Source: Legionellales bacterium
Lineage (GTDB): Bacteria > Pseudomonadota > Gammaproteobacteria > Eutrophobiales > Eutrophobiaceae
Assembly (NCBI GenBank): GCA_002721165.1
Contig: PBJS01000024.1
Coordinates: 1,918 to 65,917 of the forward strand
Reading direction: 5' to 3'
Length of the DNA: 64,000 bases
Shown: positions 41,306-53,338 of the stretch, piece after piece
Numbering within the stretch: position 1 is the first letter of the stretch
Layout of the letters: each line of letters starts with the position of its first letter
Notes under the pieces: model-generated
Seen by the model: the letters and a program-made list of their open reading frames with translations, nothing else
The model's database searches: none
What the model was told of the DNA's origin: nothing
Made by a program: the position numbers and the translations under genes

Positions 41306-41509
41306 TTATACCTCTTCATCAACTGTTAACAAATAATTCACTTTGTTAATCATGCCGCGTGCCTCTGGTGTATCTTCCACAGTGATACTATGTCCTATGC
41401 GCCGCAAGCCAAGCCCACTAATACATGATTTATGTTGTTTAGTGCGCCGATTTACACTTTTTATTAGTGTAACTTTTAGCTTGCCAGTAGATTTTTTTTT
41501 CTTTGCCAT
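41306..41509 (-). CDS. rpmD: 50S ribosomal protein L30
   Basis: [26 protein letters not shown] consensus. The N-terminus carries an extra KKKK run. Confidence 0.9.
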   Translation of the reverse strand: MAKKKKSTGKLKVTLIKSVNRRTKQHKSCISGLGLRRIGHSITVEDTPEARGMINKVNYLLTVDEEV

Positions 41510-41510
41510 A

Positions 41511-42017
41511 TTAACTAATTACTTCTTTTATAGATTTACCACGTTTTGCTGCTATATAGTCAGGTGAAGACATTAATTGCAGTCCTTTAATGGTTGCGCG
41601 AACAACATTAATTGGATTTGTTGAACCAATTGATTTTGCTAAAACATTATTAATACCGACAACTTCAAAAACTGCTCGCATTGGCCCTCCCGCAATGATT
41701 CCTGTACCTTCCGATGCTGGCTGCATATAAACCTTTGCCGCACCGTAAGTTGAGGTAATCGCATATTGAAGTGTGCCTTCTTTTACTGAAACAAAAACCA
41801 TATTTCGACGAGCATCTTCCATTGCCTTCTGTATAGCTAGAGGTACTTCCCGGGATTTTCCTCGGCCTATACCGACCTTTCCGTTGCCATCACCAACAAC
41901 AGTCAGCGCAGCAAAACCAAATTGACGACCGCCCTTAACCACCTTAGCAACCCTATTAACTGTTACAAGTTTCTCCTGAAGATCTTCGTTTCCTGTTATT
42001 GAATTTTCTAATTTCAT
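41511..42017 (-). CDS. rpsE: 30S ribosomal protein S5
   Basis: 168 aa. [12 protein letters not shown] motif. Confidence 0.95.
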   Translation of the reverse strand: MKLENSITGNEDLQEKLVTVNRVAKVVKGGRQFGFAALTVVGDGNGKVGIGRGKSREVPLAIQKAMEDARRNMVFVSVKEGTLQYAITSTYGAAKVYMQPASEGTGIIAGGPMRAVFEVVGINNVLAKSIGSTNPINVVRATIKGLQLMSSPDYIAAKRGKSIKEVIS

Positions 42018-42028
42018 ATATTTTTCTC

Positions 42029-42382
42029 TTAAAATTCTATTCCATTTTCACGTGCAGCATTTGCAAGTGCTTGTATACGTCCATGAAATTTAAATCCAGA
42101 ACGATCAAAAGCAACTTTTTTTACTCCAGCTTTTTTAGCGCGCTTAGCCAAAATCTCTCCTACAACTATTGCAGCCTCAATATTCCCAGTGTACTTAACT
42201 TTATCCCTAATCTCTTTATCCAAACTCGAGGCACAAGCAATTACTGTTGAACAATTTGATGAGATTACTTGTGCATAAACATGTTTAGATGTTTTGTGAA
42301 CGCATAATCGATCCGTACCAAGTTTCTTAATTCTGGCACGTGTCTTTTTTGCACGTCTTAGTCTATCTGTTTTTTTACCCAT
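42029..42382 (-). CDS. rplR: 50S ribosomal protein L18
   Basis: Start trimmed to [18 protein letters not shown] (E. coli MDKKSARIRRATRARRK). The track ORF otherwise overlaps rplF. Confidence 0.9.
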   Translation of the reverse strand: MGKKTDRLRRAKKTRARIKKLGTDRLCVHKTSKHVYAQVISSNCSTVIACASSLDKEIRDKVKYTGNIEAAIVVGEILAKRAKKAGVKKVAFDRSGFKFHGRIQALANAARENGIEF

Positions 42383-42386
42383 TAAA

Positions 42387-42920
42387 TTAAGCCTTCTTTG
42401 CTTCTTTTCGAATAATTCGTTCATCTAAATAACGCACTCCCTTTCCTTTATAAGGTTCGGGGGGGCGATAAGCGCGAATATTTGCAGCAACTTGTCCTAC
42501 CTGTTGTTTGTCGCTACCTTTAATTGTGACTTCAGTTTGACTAGGTGTTTCAATTGTAATCCCTTCGGGTATCTTAAATGCAATAGGATGTGAAAAACCT
42601 AAAGTTAAATTCAATGTTTTTCCCGATACTGCAGCACGATACCCTACACCGATAATTTCAAGTTTACGCTCAAAACCTTCGCTCACACCAGTCACTATAT
42701 TTTGTATAAGTGCGCGCGTTGTCCCTGAGAGTGCCTTGGCAAACTTGCTGTTACTTTTGGTTGATGTCTTTAATGTATTGTCTGCTTGCTCAACCTTAAT
42801 TAGGGGATGAATATTATGAGATAATTCTCCTTTACTCCCCTTAATTGTGACCATGTTCCCAGCTATATTGACATCAACACCTGTCGGTATATTTATTGGA
42901 TTGTTTGCTATTCTAGACAT
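42387..42920 (-). CDS. rplF: 50S ribosomal protein L6
   Basis: [12 protein letters not shown] consensus. 177 aa. Confidence 0.95.
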   Translation of the reverse strand: MSRIANNPINIPTGVDVNIAGNMVTIKGSKGELSHNIHPLIKVEQADNTLKTSTKSNSKFAKALSGTTRALIQNIVTGVSEGFERKLEIIGVGYRAAVSGKTLNLTLGFSHPIAFKIPEGITIETPSQTEVTIKGSDKQQVGQVAANIRAYRPPEPYKGKGVRYLDERIIRKEAKKA

Positions 42921-42936
42921 AATTTAACCTAAGTTT

Positions 42937-43332
42937 TTATGACACGTAACAAAGCACTTCACCGCCAATACCATGTTCCCGTGCCGTCTTATCTGTCATT
43001 ACACCCTTTCCTGTAGAAATGATCGCTATTCCAAGGCCACCCATTACTTTGGGAAGTTCATTAACCGATTTATATGAACGAAGACTTGGACGACTAATTC
43101 GTTTTATAGACTCTATCACCGGTTTACCTTTAAAGTATTTCAAGTCTATGATTAATATTGTTCTATTATCTTTTTCTTCTACTCTATAATCCTTAATATA
43201 ACCTTCTTGCTTCAATATATTTGCAATTGCTACTTTTAACTTTGACGAAGGTATACTTACATCCCGCTTATATCGCTGTAAGGAATTACGAATTCTAGTC
43301 AACATATCTGAAATTGGATCTGACATACTCAT
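42937..43332 (-). CDS. rpsH: 30S ribosomal protein S8
   Basis: [16 protein letters not shown] consensus. Confidence 0.95.
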   Translation of the reverse strand: MSMSDPISDMLTRIRNSLQRYKRDVSIPSSKLKVAIANILKQEGYIKDYRVEEKDNRTILIIDLKYFKGKPVIESIKRISRPSLRSYKSVNELPKVMGGLGIAIISTGKGVMTDKTAREHGIGGEVLCYVS

Positions 43333-43354
43333 TATTCTTAGCTCTCTCTATTTT

Positions 43355-43660
43355 TTACCAACTTGCCTTAACCAAACCGGGTATATCACCACGCATTGCG
43401 GCTTCACGTAATTTATTTCGTCCCAACCCAAATTTTCTATAATACCCATGTGCACGTCCCGTTATATTACAACGATTGCGAATACGAATCGGATTAGCGT
43501 CTCTTGGCATCTTGTTTAATTTCTCACGAGCTTCACTACGCTCATCCTCAGTTAATAATGTATTTTTAATTACTGCTTTTAGCTCAGCTCTTTTTGTTGA
43601 GAATTTTTTTACCATACGAATTCTTTTTATTTCTCGATTTACCATACAAGATTTTGCCAT
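43355..43660 (-). CDS. rpsN: 30S ribosomal protein S14 (long, non-zinc type)
   Basis: Start trimmed to [13 protein letters not shown]. 101 aa. Confidence 0.9.
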   Translation of the reverse strand: MAKSCMVNREIKRIRMVKKFSTKRAELKAVIKNTLLTEDERSEAREKLNKMPRDANPIRIRNRCNITGRAHGYYRKFGLGRNKLREAAMRGDIPGLVKASW

Positions 43661-43672
43661 ATTCAATAAACC

Positions 43673-44212
43673 TCAAGCCTTTATTGGTAATTTAAATAAT
43701 GTTAATAATGCCCGTGCTTCTTCATTTGTACGCGCAGAAGTTGTGATAGTTATATCCATTCCTCGGAGGGAATCTATTTTATCGAAATCAATTTCTGGGA
43801 AAATAATTTGTTCTTTAATACCTATACTGTAATTACCTCTTCCATCGAAAGATTTCGCATTTAAACCACGAAAATCTCTAATGCGAGGTATAGCGATTGA
43901 AATCAAACGCTCAAGAAATTCGTACATACGTTCGCGCCTAAGTGTAACTTTGCAACCAATTGGCCAACCTTCACGAACTTTAAAATTTGCAACGGATTTT
44001 CTAGCTTTAGTGACAACAGGTTTTTGTCCTGCAATCTTAGATATATCATTTACCGCATTCTCAATAATTTTTTTATCGGCAACAGCCTCACCTAAACCCA
44101 TATTTAGTGTTATTTTAGTAATTTTTGGCACTTGCATACTCGACTTATAACCGAATTGTTTGGTCAATTCCTTAATTACATTATTTTTATAGTGTTCTTG
44201 TAGTGTAGCCAT
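43673..44212 (-). CDS. rplE: 50S ribosomal protein L5
   Basis: 179 aa consensus L5. Confidence 0.95.
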   Translation of the reverse strand: MATLQEHYKNNVIKELTKQFGYKSSMQVPKITKITLNMGLGEAVADKKIIENAVNDISKIAGQKPVVTKARKSVANFKVREGWPIGCKVTLRRERMYEFLERLISIAIPRIRDFRGLNAKSFDGRGNYSIGIKEQIIFPEIDFDKIDSLRGMDITITTSARTNEEARALLTLFKLPIKA

Positions 44213-44221
44213 TAAATAATC

Positions 44222-44542
44222 CTATACATCGACAACTTCATTATTTGATTTAAAGTAGCGAACCTTTTGGCCATCTTCTAAATGTCGATAACCTATTCTG
44301 TCATTCTTATTAGTTACCGGATTCCATATTGCAACATTCGACTGGTGTATCGGTGACTCTTTTTCTATTATGCCGCCGGGAGCTCCTTGTGATGGATTTC
44401 CTTTTGTGTGTCGTTTTATCATATTGATATTTTCAACAATCACTTTATTTACATCATTCATAACTGTTAAAACAACACCTCTTTTGCCTTTATCTCTTCC
44501 AGCAATCACAATAACCTCGTCACCTTTCTTCACTCGAGCCAT
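44222..44542 (-). CDS. rplX: 50S ribosomal protein L24
   Basis: [22 protein letters not shown] consensus. Confidence 0.95.
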   Translation of the reverse strand: MARVKKGDEVIVIAGRDKGKRGVVLTVMNDVNKVIVENINMIKRHTKGNPSQGAPGGIIEKESPIHQSNVAIWNPVTNKNDRIGYRHLEDGQKVRYFKSNNEVVDV

Positions 44543-44544
44543 TT

Positions 44545-44913
44545 TTATAATACCTCCGGCGCCAACGAAACAATTTTCATAAATTTTAGCCCTCGCAATT
44601 CTCTTGTAACTGGGCCAAAAATACGTGTGCCAATAGGTTGCAACTGCGCATTCAATAAGACTGCTGCATTACCATCAAAACGTATCAGTGAGCCATCATT
44701 TCTTCTAACACCTTTACAAGTACGTACCACTACCGCGTTATATACCTCACCTTTTTTTACTTTTCCTCGAGGAATAGCTTCTTTTATACTTACCTTAATA
44801 ACATCTCCAACATTTGCGTATCGGCGTTTCGAGCCACCCAAGACTTTCACGCACATAAGGCGACGTGCACCACTATTATCTGCTGCATCAAGCATTGTTT
44901 GCATTTGTATCAT
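44545..44913 (-). CDS. rplN: 50S ribosomal protein L14
   Basis: [18 protein letters not shown] consensus. Confidence 0.97.
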   Translation of the reverse strand: MIQMQTMLDAADNSGARRLMCVKVLGGSKRRYANVGDVIKVSIKEAIPRGKVKKGEVYNAVVVRTCKGVRRNDGSLIRFDGNAAVLLNAQLQPIGTRIFGPVTRELRGLKFMKIVSLAPEVL

Positions 44914-44928
44914 TATAAATTCCTATTC

Positions 44929-45195
44929 TTAAACCGTTTGAGCCTTACTAACAATTTTTTGTAAACGCCATGATTTATTCTTAGATAATGGGCGTGATGA
45001 TTCTATAATCACAACATCACCTTCATTACACTCATTAACTTCATCATGAGCCATTACTTTGGTTGAACGCCTTATATATTTCCCATAAAGGGGATGCTTT
45101 ACAGTTCTTTCGATGCAAACTGATATAGTCTTATCCATTTTTGAACTAGTGACTGTACCAGTTACCGTCTTAGCTTTTTTTGTTTCAGCGCTCAT
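44929..45195 (-). CDS. rpsQ: 30S ribosomal protein S17
   Basis: 88 aa. [14 protein letters not shown] consensus. Confidence 0.93.
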   Translation of the reverse strand: MSAETKKAKTVTGTVTSSKMDKTISVCIERTVKHPLYGKYIRRSTKVMAHDEVNECNEGDVVIIESSRPLSKNKSWRLQKIVSKAQTV

Positions 45196-45401
45196 ACACT
45201 TTCCTTATTTGAAATATTTTTATTCTCATTGAGAACTGTATGTATTTTTGCAATATTGCGCCTTGTCTTTTTTATTTCGCTAGGTTTATCTAATTGACCA
45301 GTCCCTTTTCTCATCCGTAAATTAAATTGTGAGCGCAACTCTTCTAGCAACAAAGATTGTAGTTCCTCATTCGTCTTTTCTCTTAATTCTAATATTTTCA
45401 T
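45192..45401 (-). CDS. rpmC: 50S ribosomal protein L29
   Basis: 69 aa, [14 protein letters not shown]. Confidence 0.9.
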   Translation of the reverse strand: MKILELREKTNEELQSLLLEELRSQFNLRMRKGTGQLDKPSEIKKTRRNIAKIHTVLNENKNISNKESV

Positions 45402-45814
45402 TACATTATCGTCCTTGCAACGAAAGTCGTCTTAACAGGTAATTTTGCTGCAGCTAATTCAAAAGCTTCGCGCGCTAAGTCCTCAGGAACCCCTTCCATC
45501 TCATATAGCATTCGACCAGGTTGAATTTGCGCAACCCAATATTCAACATTACCCTTGCCCTTGCCCTGCCTAACTTCCAAAGGTTTTTTTGTTATTGGTT
45601 TATCGGGAAAAATTCTGATCCAGACCTTTGCTCCACGTTTTACTTTTCGCGTTAAAGCCCGTCGTGCAGCTTCGATTTGCCGAGCAGTTATTCGACCTCT
45701 TCCAACTGCCTTTAACCCGTATTCGCCAAAGCTTACCTTATTACCAACCGTAGCTAGACCACGATTACGGGATTTGCTTTGTTTTCTAAATTTAGTTCTT
45801 TTTGGTTGTAACAC
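45401..45814 (-). CDS. rplP: 50S ribosomal protein L16
   Basis: [11 protein letters not shown] consensus. Confidence 0.97.
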   Translation of the reverse strand: MLQPKRTKFRKQSKSRNRGLATVGNKVSFGEYGLKAVGRGRITARQIEAARRALTRKVKRGAKVWIRIFPDKPITKKPLEVRQGKGKGNVEYWVAQIQPGRMLYEMEGVPEDLAREAFELAAAKLPVKTTFVARTIM

Positions 45815-45825
45815 TTTTTTTCCTA

Positions 45826-46506
45826 TTATGTACTTGTAGTTACTTCGTTCTGATTTTCATCTTCTAATTGCTTTTTGTGGCCAAAAATTTCGCCCTTGAA
45901 AAGCCAGACTTTTACCCCAATAATGCCGTAAGTTGTACTAGCTTCAGTAGTTGCGTAATCAATATCAGCTCGCAAAGTATGAAGCGGCACTCGACCTTCC
46001 CTGTACCATTCGGTGCGTGCTATTTCTGCCCCATTTAATCTTCCACTTACAGTAATTTTGATCCCCTCAGCCCCTAATCTCATTGTATTTGTAACTGCGC
46101 GCTTCATTGCTCTTCGAAACATAATTCTTCTTTCAATTTGTTGAGCAACACTCTCGGCAACTAGAAAAGCATCTAACTCTGGTTTACGAATCTCTTCGAC
46201 GCTAACGTGCGTAGGAACACCCATCATGTTTGAAACTTGAATACGAAGACGTTCAATATCTTCGCCTTTTTTACCAATAACAATTCCAGGACGAGCTGTA
46301 TGAATAATAACCCGTGCATTACCTGCTGGCCTTTCAATTTGAATACGGCTAACAGATGCATTTGCTAATTTCTTACGCAAAAAGTCTCGAACCTTTATGT
46401 CTGCATTAAGATATTCGGCATAATTTTTACTATCCGCGTACCATGTAGACGTCCAATCTTTAATAATGCCTAAACGTATTCCTGTTGGATGTACTTTCTG
46501 ACCCAT
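45826..46506 (-). CDS. rpsC: 30S ribosomal protein S3
   Basis: [14 protein letters not shown] consensus. 226 aa. Confidence 0.97.
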   Translation of the reverse strand: MGQKVHPTGIRLGIIKDWTSTWYADSKNYAEYLNADIKVRDFLRKKLANASVSRIQIERPAGNARVIIHTARPGIVIGKKGEDIERLRIQVSNMMGVPTHVSVEEIRKPELDAFLVAESVAQQIERRIMFRRAMKRAVTNTMRLGAEGIKITVSGRLNGAEIARTEWYREGRVPLHTLRADIDYATTEASTTYGIIGVKVWLFKGEIFGHKKQLEDENQNEVTTST

Positions 46507-46511
46507 AAACC

Positions 46512-46853
46512 TTATTTCTCTCCCTTCTCTGATACTTTCACAGTTAAATGACTCGTTCTTTTTAAAATCCTATCAGCTCGACCTCTTGCTCGTGGACGTA
46601 ATCGTTTCATCGTCGGCCCTTGATTCACTTGAACTTCAGTTATTTTAAGTTCATCAATATCAGCACCGTCATTATTTTCGGCATTCGCAATTGCTGACTC
46701 GAGTACTTTTTTAACAATTTTCGCCCCTTTTTTATTACTAAATGACAATAAAGTAACGGCGCGATCTGCCGACATACCGCGTATTTGATCTGCTATCAAT
46801 CGCATTTTTTGCGGTGACAAATGTGTGTACTTCAATGTTGCTGATGTTGTCAT
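46512..46853 (-). CDS. rplV: 50S ribosomal protein L22
   Basis: 113 aa consensus L22. Confidence 0.93.
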   Translation of the reverse strand: MTTSATLKYTHLSPQKMRLIADQIRGMSADRAVTLLSFSNKKGAKIVKKVLESAIANAENNDGADIDELKITEVQVNQGPTMKRLRPRARGRADRILKRTSHLTVKVSEKGEK

Positions 46854-46877
46854 TGTGTATTTCTTTATTTTTAACCT

Positions 46878-47147
46878 TTATGTTTTTTTGTCTGCAATAT
46901 GTCCTCGAAAAGTCCGAGTAAGTACAAATTCACCCAATTTATGTCCCACCATATTTTCAGAAACATAAATAGGTATATGATCACGACCATTATGAATAGC
47001 AATTGTTAGGCCTACCATCTCAGGCATTATCATTGAACGACGCGACCAAGTTTTAATTGGGCGTTTATCACTAGTTTGCTTAGCAACCTCTATCTTTTTT
47101 AAAAGATGATGGTCAACAAATGGTCCTTTTCTTATCGATCGTGCCAT
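46878..47147 (-). CDS. rpsS: 30S ribosomal protein S19
   Basis: [18 protein letters not shown] consensus. Confidence 0.95.
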   Translation of the reverse strand: MARSIRKGPFVDHHLLKKIEVAKQTSDKRPIKTWSRRSMIMPEMVGLTIAIHNGRDHIPIYVSENMVGHKLGEFVLTRTFRGHIADKKT

Positions 47148-47983
47148 TATTTTTCTCTCTGTAATTTACGTTTACGAACGATTAATTTATCAGTTCGTTT
47201 ATTTTTTCTTGTCTTAAAGCCTTTCGTTGGAGTACCCCATGGACTCACTGGATGACGCCCGCCAGAAGTACGCCCCTCACCTCCTCCATGCGGATGATCA
47301 ACAGGGTTCATTGCGACGCCACGAACAGTTGGTCTTATTCCACGCCAGCGCTTCGCTCCTGCTTTTCCTAATGATCGCAATTGATGTTCGGTATTACTAA
47401 CCTCCCCTATTGTGGCTCGACATTCTGATAATATTTTACGCATTTCACCAGAACGCAATCTAACAGTTGCATGATGACCTTCTTTAGCAACTAATTGGGC
47501 TGAAGTTCCCGCACTTCTTGCAATTTGTGCTCCCTTGCCTGGTTTTAATTCAATGCAATGAATATTAGTACCTAAAGGTATATCTCTCATACGCATACAA
47601 TTACCAATTTGGATTGATGCTTGTTCACCAGACATTACTTTATCACCCTGTTTGAGGCCATTAGGAGCGATTATGTAACGCCTTACACCATCAACATACA
47701 GTAAAAGTGCAATATGGCTTGTCCTATTAGGGTCATATTCAATACGCTCAACTTTGGCCGATAATCCGTCTTTATCACGTTTGAAATCAATTAATCGGTA
47801 ACGCTGTTTAGAACCGCCCCCACGGTGTCTAACCGTTATCCGTCCATTATTATTACGTCCAGCACATTTGTTCTGCTTTTCCAATAGAGGTTCATATGGT
47901 TTACCCTTATGAAGCTCGGGACTGGCGACTTTAATCATCGAACGGCGTCCGGCTGATGTCGGTTTTGGATTAATTAGTGTCAT
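47147..47983 (-). CDS. rplB: 50S ribosomal protein L2
   Basis: 278 aa. [16 protein letters not shown] motif. Confidence 0.97.
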   Translation of the reverse strand: MTLINPKPTSAGRRSMIKVASPELHKGKPYEPLLEKQNKCAGRNNNGRITVRHRGGGSKQRYRLIDFKRDKDGLSAKVERIEYDPNRTSHIALLLYVDGVRRYIIAPNGLKQGDKVMSGEQASIQIGNCMRMRDIPLGTNIHCIELKPGKGAQIARSAGTSAQLVAKEGHHATVRLRSGEMRKILSECRATIGEVSNTEHQLRSLGKAGAKRWRGIRPTVRGVAMNPVDHPHGGGEGRTSGGRHPVSPWGTPTKGFKTRKNKRTDKLIVRKRKLQREK

Positions 47984-48003
47984 AGTTTATACAAACCTTA
48001 TTT

Positions 48004-48303
48004 TTATCCATCACCCATAAAATCAATATCGAAACCAGGTTTCAACTTGATGTAGGCTTTTTTCCAATTTGCACGTTGCCCAGGTGAGCGTTTAAAAATT
48101 TTTCTTTTCCCTTTAACATTTGTAACCTGAACTGATTCTACTTCAGCTCCATCAAACATAAGTTCTATTGCTTTTTTAATTTCCGGTTTTGTTGCACTTT
48201 TAGAAACTTTAAAAACATACTGATTGTTAAGCTCACCAATCATGCTAGATTTTTCAGTTACTTTAGGCTCCAACAATATCGACATTATTTTTTGCTCATT
48301 CAT
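48004..48303 (-). CDS. rplW: 50S ribosomal protein L23
   Basis: Start trimmed to [13 protein letters not shown]. The track ORF extends to 48312. Confidence 0.9.
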   Translation of the reverse strand: MNEQKIMSILLEPKVTEKSSMIGELNNQYVFKVSKSATKPEIKKAIELMFDGAEVESVQVTNVKGKRKIFKRSPGQRANWKKAYIKLKPGFDIDFMGDG

Positions 48304-48917
48304 GACAACCATTCCTCTACTTTCTCAACAGCTGTCTGTGTTATCAAAACTTTTTCAAAACCAATTAATGAGTAGGGATCAATCTCATTAGTATCCATTA
48401 CATCAACTTTTGGAATATTTCTAACGCCTAAATAGAGATTTTCGCTTAGCCCTTCTGTTATAATTAAAGCTTCTTTAAGACCAAGTTTATCTAACTTATC
48501 TTTTACCAACTTTGTCTTTGACTCAGCCACATCAAATTCATCAACACATATAAATCTCTTTTGTCTCACAAGTTCAGAAAAAATTGATCGCATTGCGCCA
48601 CGAAACATTTTTTTATTTATTTTTTTACTATAATCACGTGGTTTTGTAGCAAATGTAACACCGCCTCCACGCCATAGTGGACTACGAATAGTGCCAACTC
48701 TTGCGCGACCAGTTCCTTTTTGTCTCCATGGTTTTCTGCCTCCGCCTCTAACTTCTGAGCGAGATTTTTGAGCTTTTGTTCCCGAACGAGAACCAGCCAT
48801 ATAACTAACTAAAACTTGATGAACTAATGGCTCATTAAATTCAGCGGCAAAAACACTATCAGCGACGCTCATTGTGCCTGCTTGTTTTTTGCCTGATTTT
48901 TCAATTTTAAGTTTCAT
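48300..48917 (-). CDS. rplD: 50S ribosomal protein L4
   Basis: 205 aa consensus L4. Confidence 0.95.
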   Translation of the reverse strand: MKLKIEKSGKKQAGTMSVADSVFAAEFNEPLVHQVLVSYMAGSRSGTKAQKSRSEVRGGGRKPWRQKGTGRARVGTIRSPLWRGGGVTFATKPRDYSKKINKKMFRGAMRSIFSELVRQKRFICVDEFDVAESKTKLVKDKLDKLGLKEALIITEGLSENLYLGVRNIPKVDVMDTNEIDPYSLIGFEKVLITQTAVEKVEEWLS

Positions 48918-48924
48918 AAATTAA

Positions 48925-49656
48925 TTAGTCCGATTCTTCTTTTTTGGCTGCTTCTTTTTTAGGAGCTTCTTCTTTTTTGGCTGCTTCTTTTTTAGGAGCT
49001 TCTTGCTTTATATTTTTGGTTATTTTAGTCGATGGTCTAACAATAACACTTCCACCTTTGCTGGCTGGAATTGCTCCTTTTATTAAAAGAAGGTTACGTT
49101 CAATATCTATGCCTACGATCTCAAGATTTTGAGTTGTCCTTTTCACGTCTCCATAGTGTCCAGCCATTTTTTTTCCTTTAAATACTCTGCCAGGTGTTTG
49201 ACATTGTCCTATCGAACCTGGGGCACGATGTGATAAAGAATTGCCATGTGTGTTACGTTGATGGCTAAAATTATGGCGCTTAATAACACCAGAAAACCCT
49301 TTCCCCTTTGACGTGCCTGTAACATCCACTTTTTGACCAGTCTCAAAAATATCAACTTTTATCGCCTCACCGAGTTTATATTGTTCAAGTTCTTCTAGAT
49401 TAACTCTATATTCTAAAAGTCCTTCACCCATATCAACGTTTGCTTTTGCATAATTACCTGCTTCAGCTTTGGTTAGTCCATTAGTTTTTTTCGACCCCCA
49501 TGAAACTTGGACAGCGCTATAACCTTTTTCTTGTTGAGTTAATAAACTAGTTACATGATTTGGTGTAGCCTCTACAACCGTAACAGGTATAGAAGCACCA
49601 TCTTCCCTAAAGAGACGTGTCATTCCGCATTTTCTACCTACTATTCCGATTGTCAT
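48925..49656 (-). CDS. rplC: 50S ribosomal protein L3 with a lysine/alanine/glutamate-rich C-terminal repeat extension
   Basis: N-terminus [16 protein letters not shown] is consensus L3. The C-terminus ...[26 protein letters not shown] extends beyond a typical L3 of about 210 aa. Confidence 0.93.
   Translation of the reverse strand: MTIGIVGRKCGMTRLFREDGASIPVTVVEATPNHVTSLLTQQEKGYSAVQVSWGSKKTNGLTKAEAGNYAKANVDMGEGLLEYRVNLEELEQYKLGEAIKVDIFETGQKVDVTGTSKGKGFSGVIKRHNFSHQRNTHGNSLSHRAPGSIGQCQTPGRVFKGKKMAGHYGDVKRTTQNLEIVGIDIERNLLLIKGAIPASKGGSVIVRPSTKITKNIKQEAPKKEAAKKEEAPKKEAAKKEESD
48934..48999 (-). repeat. Perfect tandem duplication of a 33-nt unit (2 copies) inside the rplC 3' end
   Basis: ttcttcttttttggctgcttcttttttaggagc occurs at 48934-48966 and again identically at 48967-48999. 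It encodes the in-frame 11-aa unit [11 protein letters not shown] twice. Confidence 0.9.
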
Positions 49657-49686
49657 TTCTACTATTCCAATTTATACCTGTTACTA

Positions 49687-50001
49687 TTAATTAAGTTTGA
49701 TTTGAACATCAACACCAGCGGCTAAATCAAGTTTCATTAAAGCATCCACCGTTTTGTCAGTTGGATTTATAATATCCATAAGCCTTTTATGTGTTCGAAT
49801 TTCATATTGGTCTCGAGCATCCTTATTAACATGAGGTGAAATTAGAACAGTAAAACGCTCCTTTTTAGTTGGTAAAGGAATAGGGCCTTTTATTTGGGCA
49901 CCCGTACGTTGTGCAGTTTCAACAATCTCCTTTGTAGACTGGTCAATCAATCGATGATCAAATGCTTTAAGACGTATTCTAATTCTTTGTTGTTCAGCCA
50001 T
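49687..50001 (-). CDS. rpsJ: 30S ribosomal protein S10
   Basis: [20 protein letters not shown] consensus. Confidence 0.97.
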   Translation of the reverse strand: MAEQQRIRIRLKAFDHRLIDQSTKEIVETAQRTGAQIKGPIPLPTKKERFTVLISPHVNKDARDQYEIRTHKRLMDIINPTDKTVDALMKLDLAAGVDVQIKLN

Positions 50002-50034
50002 TTATATTCTCAAATAATTATATTTATTAATAAG

Positions 50035-52134
50035 TTAGTTTCTGCTTGTTATGCTTTCGGCAATATTTGCCGGGACTTCATTGTATTTTTCAAATTCCAT
50101 TGTATAAACTGCACGACCTTGTGTTGCGGAACGAAGATCAGTTGCATATCCAAACATTTCGCTAAGCGGTACTTCAGCACGTATCACTTTCCCAGCGGGA
50201 GTTTCTTCCGTACCCTGCAAAATACCGCGACGTCTATTTAGATCTCCGTTTACTGTACCCATATATTCTTCTGGTGTAACAATTTCGACTTTCATGATTG
50301 GCTCAAGTAGTACCGGCTTTGCTTTGCTTGCGCCTTCTTTAAAACCCATTGACCCGGCTATTTTAAATGCCATTTCACTAGAATCTACATCATGGTAAGA
50401 CCCATCGTATAAAGTAACCTTAACATCAACAACAGGATATCCCGCTATGATCCCATTTTCCATTTGATCAACAACGCCTTTCTCAACAGCGGGAATATAT
50501 TCTTTTGGCACTACTCCACCAACAATTTCATTTACAAACTCAAAACCTTCGCCAGCTTTTTTTGGCTCAATTTTAAATACAACATGTCCATATTGGCCTC
50601 GACCACCGGATTGTCTAACAAATTTACCTTCGACCTTTTCAAGAATTAAGCGAATTGTTTCGCGGTATGCTACTTGAGGTTTTCCTACATTAGCTTCAAC
50701 ACTAAATTCTCGTTTCAATCGATCAACAATAATTTCAAGGTGAAGCTCACCCATGCCCGATATGATTGTTTGCCCTGACTCTTCGTCAGTATGTACTCTA
50801 AACGAAGGATCTTCCTGGGCTAATTTACCTAAGGCTATCCCCATTTTTTCTTGGTCAGGTTTAGTTTTGGGTTCAACAGCAACGGATATAACTGGATCAG
50901 GAAATTCCATCCGTTCTAAGGTGATAATATTATTTTGGTCACAAAGTGTATCGCCCGTCACAATATCTTTTAATCCGACTGCTGCTGCTATATCTCCAGC
51001 ACGAACTTCTTTAAGTTCTTCGCGACTATTAGCATGCATTTGTAATATTCGACCAACCCTTTCTTTTTTTCCTTTTACAGGATTAAACACCGTGTCGCCT
51101 GTATTTAGAACACCCGAGTAAACTCTAAAAAAAGTCAGCGTTCCAACAAAAGGATCTGTTGCGATTTTAAATGCTAATGCTGCAAATGGGTCATCATCAG
51201 ATGATTTTCTCTCACCTTCTGTTTCATTTTTATCGTCTAAAATTCCTTTAATTGGAGGTACATCAATGGGGGATGGTAAGTATTCGATAATAGCGTCTAA
51301 CACTGTCTGTATGCCTTTATTCTTAAATGCTGAACCACAAAATACCGGGACAATTTCATTTGCTAATGTTTGTAATCGTATACCTTTTTTTATCTGTTCC
51401 TGAGAAAGTTCGCCTGATTCAAGATAAATATTCATAAGTTCTTCATTTGCCTCAGCAGCACTTTCGACTATTTTTTCGTAATATTTCTTAGCTTCACTTT
51501 GCATTTCTTGGGGTATATCCTTCTCTTCAAACTTAATCCCCATATTTTCTTCTTCCCAATAGATTGCCTTCAATTTCACCAAATCGACGACGCCTTCAAA
51601 GTTGTCTTCTGCGCCGATTGGTAATTGCATAGTGATAGCGTTGGAGTTTAGGCGTTCCCTTATTTGTGTAACAACTCGTAGAAAATTTGCCCCTGCCCGG
51701 TCCATTTTATTTACGAAGGCAATTCGGGGGACTGAATATTTGTTTGCTTGACGCCAAACAGTTTCAGATTGAGGCTCAACTCCGCCTACAGCACAAAATA
51801 CCGCACAGCTTCCATCTAAAACACGCAGCGAACGTTCTACTTCGATTGTAAAATCAACATGCCCTGGTGTATCTATAATATTAATACGGTGCTCAGGAAA
51901 TTGTGATGATGTCCCTTTCCAAAAACACGTTGTTGCAGCAGAAGTAATTGTAATTCCTCTTTCTTGTTCTTGTTCCATCCAATCCATAGTCGCCGCACCG
52001 TCATGAACTTCCCCAATTTTATGTGATACACCAGTATAGAAAAGAACGCGTTCTGTTGTTGTTGTTTTACCAGCATCAATATGAGCCATGATTCCTATGT
52101 TTCTGTAGTGTTCAATTGTTGTGTTTCTTGTCAT
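50035..52134 (-). CDS. fusA: Elongation factor G
   Basis: 699 aa. [14 protein letters not shown]1 motif. Confidence 0.97.
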   Translation of the reverse strand: MTRNTTIEHYRNIGIMAHIDAGKTTTTERVLFYTGVSHKIGEVHDGAATMDWMEQEQERGITITSAATTCFWKGTSSQFPEHRINIIDTPGHVDFTIEVERSLRVLDGSCAVFCAVGGVEPQSETVWRQANKYSVPRIAFVNKMDRAGANFLRVVTQIRERLNSNAITMQLPIGAEDNFEGVVDLVKLKAIYWEEENMGIKFEEKDIPQEMQSEAKKYYEKIVESAAEANEELMNIYLESGELSQEQIKKGIRLQTLANEIVPVFCGSAFKNKGIQTVLDAIIEYLPSPIDVPPIKGILDDKNETEGERKSSDDDPFAALAFKIATDPFVGTLTFFRVYSGVLNTGDTVFNPVKGKKERVGRILQMHANSREELKEVRAGDIAAAVGLKDIVTGDTLCDQNNIITLERMEFPDPVISVAVEPKTKPDQEKMGIALGKLAQEDPSFRVHTDEESGQTIISGMGELHLEIIVDRLKREFSVEANVGKPQVAYRETIRLILEKVEGKFVRQSGGRGQYGHVVFKIEPKKAGEGFEFVNEIVGGVVPKEYIPAVEKGVVDQMENGIIAGYPVVDVKVTLYDGSYHDVDSSEMAFKIAGSMGFKEGASKAKPVLLEPIMKVEIVTPEEYMGTVNGDLNRRRGILQGTEETPAGKVIRAEVPLSEMFGYATDLRSATQGRAVYTMEFEKYNEVPANIAESITSRN

Positions 52135-52161
52135 GATGCTTTCTCTAATTTTACTTCTCTC

Positions 52162-52632
52162 TTACCATCGAAAATGTGAAAAAGCTTTGTTTGCTTCTGC
52201 CATTCGGTGAGTATCTTCACGTTTTTTAATTGCCGTCCCGCGATTTTCCGAAGCATCCAGTAATTCACCAGCTAAACGTGAACCCATATCCTTTTCACTA
52301 CGTTTTTTTGCAGCATCAACAACCCAGCGCATAGCCAACGTCATGCTTCTTGCGGTCTTAACTTCAACTGGAATTTGGTAAGTGGCTCCACCAACACGCC
52401 GTGACTTTACCTCGACAATTGGTCTTATATTTTCAAGTGCTTTGTTAAAAATTTCGATTGGTTCTGCATTACCCTTGTTATTGATCTCATTGAGTGCGCC
52501 ATAAACGATTCTTTCTGCAATTGATTTTTTGCCACTTCGCATAATGATATTAATAAATTTTGCCAAGACCATGTCTCCATATTTTGGATCTGGTAGGATT
52601 ATCGTTTTCTCAGCAACTCTTCGTCTTGACAT
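52162..52632 (-). CDS. rpsG: 30S ribosomal protein S7
   Basis: 156 aa consensus S7. Confidence 0.95.
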   Translation of the reverse strand: MSRRRVAEKTIILPDPKYGDMVLAKFINIIMRSGKKSIAERIVYGALNEINNKGNAEPIEIFNKALENIRPIVEVKSRRVGGATYQIPVEVKTARSMTLAMRWVVDAAKKRSEKDMGSRLAGELLDASENRGTAIKKREDTHRMAEANKAFSHFRW

Positions 52633-52677
52633 TGTCTATCTTTCTCAATTTATTTTTTAAGTTTACGGTCTAGTACT

Positions 52678-53052
52678 CTATGATTTTGGACGTTTTGCCC
52701 CATATTTAGATCGTCCACGTCGTCTGTCACCAACACCAGAAGTATCTAGCGTACCTCTTACTGTGTGGTAGCGAACACCGGGTAAGTCTTTAACTCTCCC
52801 ACCTCTAATTAAAATTACAGAGTGTTCTTGTAGATTATGACCTTCACCACCAATGTATGTAGTTACCTCTTGACCATTAGTAAGTCGAACACGGGCCACT
52901 TTCCTCAATGCAGAGTTTGGTTTTTTTGGTGTTGTAGTATAAACACGGGTACACACCCCACGTCTTTGAGGGCACGCTTCTAACGCTGGGACATTGCTTT
53001 TAGCATTTTGTCGTTTTCGCGGTTTTCTAACTAATTGGTTTATTGTTGTCAT
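52678..53052 (-). CDS. rpsL: 30S ribosomal protein S12
   Basis: [13 protein letters not shown] consensus. 124 aa. Confidence 0.97.
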   Translation of the reverse strand: MTTINQLVRKPRKRQNAKSNVPALEACPQRRGVCTRVYTTTPKKPNSALRKVARVRLTNGQEVTTYIGGEGHNLQEHSVILIRGGRVKDLPGVRYHTVRGTLDTSGVGDRRRGRSKYGAKRPKS

Positions 53053-53240
53053 AAAAACTCTATATTTTTCAATTTATTATACGCGCAGACTACCTCGTTC
53101 ATCCGAACTGAACATACCTAATATATATGTATGTTTATTAATTCCAGTACGGATATACGTAAAAATTTCTTCGGATATCCTGAGGCACTATCTGGTATGT
53201 CAGCAAATTTACAAAAAATTCACTATTTTTCCAGTACTTA

Positions 53241-53279
53241 ACGCAAAACGACAGGCGAGAAATAACCATCTAGCCTGTC
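53241..53279 (-). terminator. Candidate rho-independent terminator downstream of rpoC
   Basis: On the minus-strand RNA, GACAGGC, a 16-nt loop and GCCUGUC form a 7-bp stem followed by GUUUUGCGUU. It lies 60-100 nt after the rpoC stop. Confidence 0.4.
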
Positions 53280-53338
53280 AAAGAGGCGAGATTTTATGTC
53301 TTCGATAAGTATTATGTCAAGGAGATTACAGCTTATAA

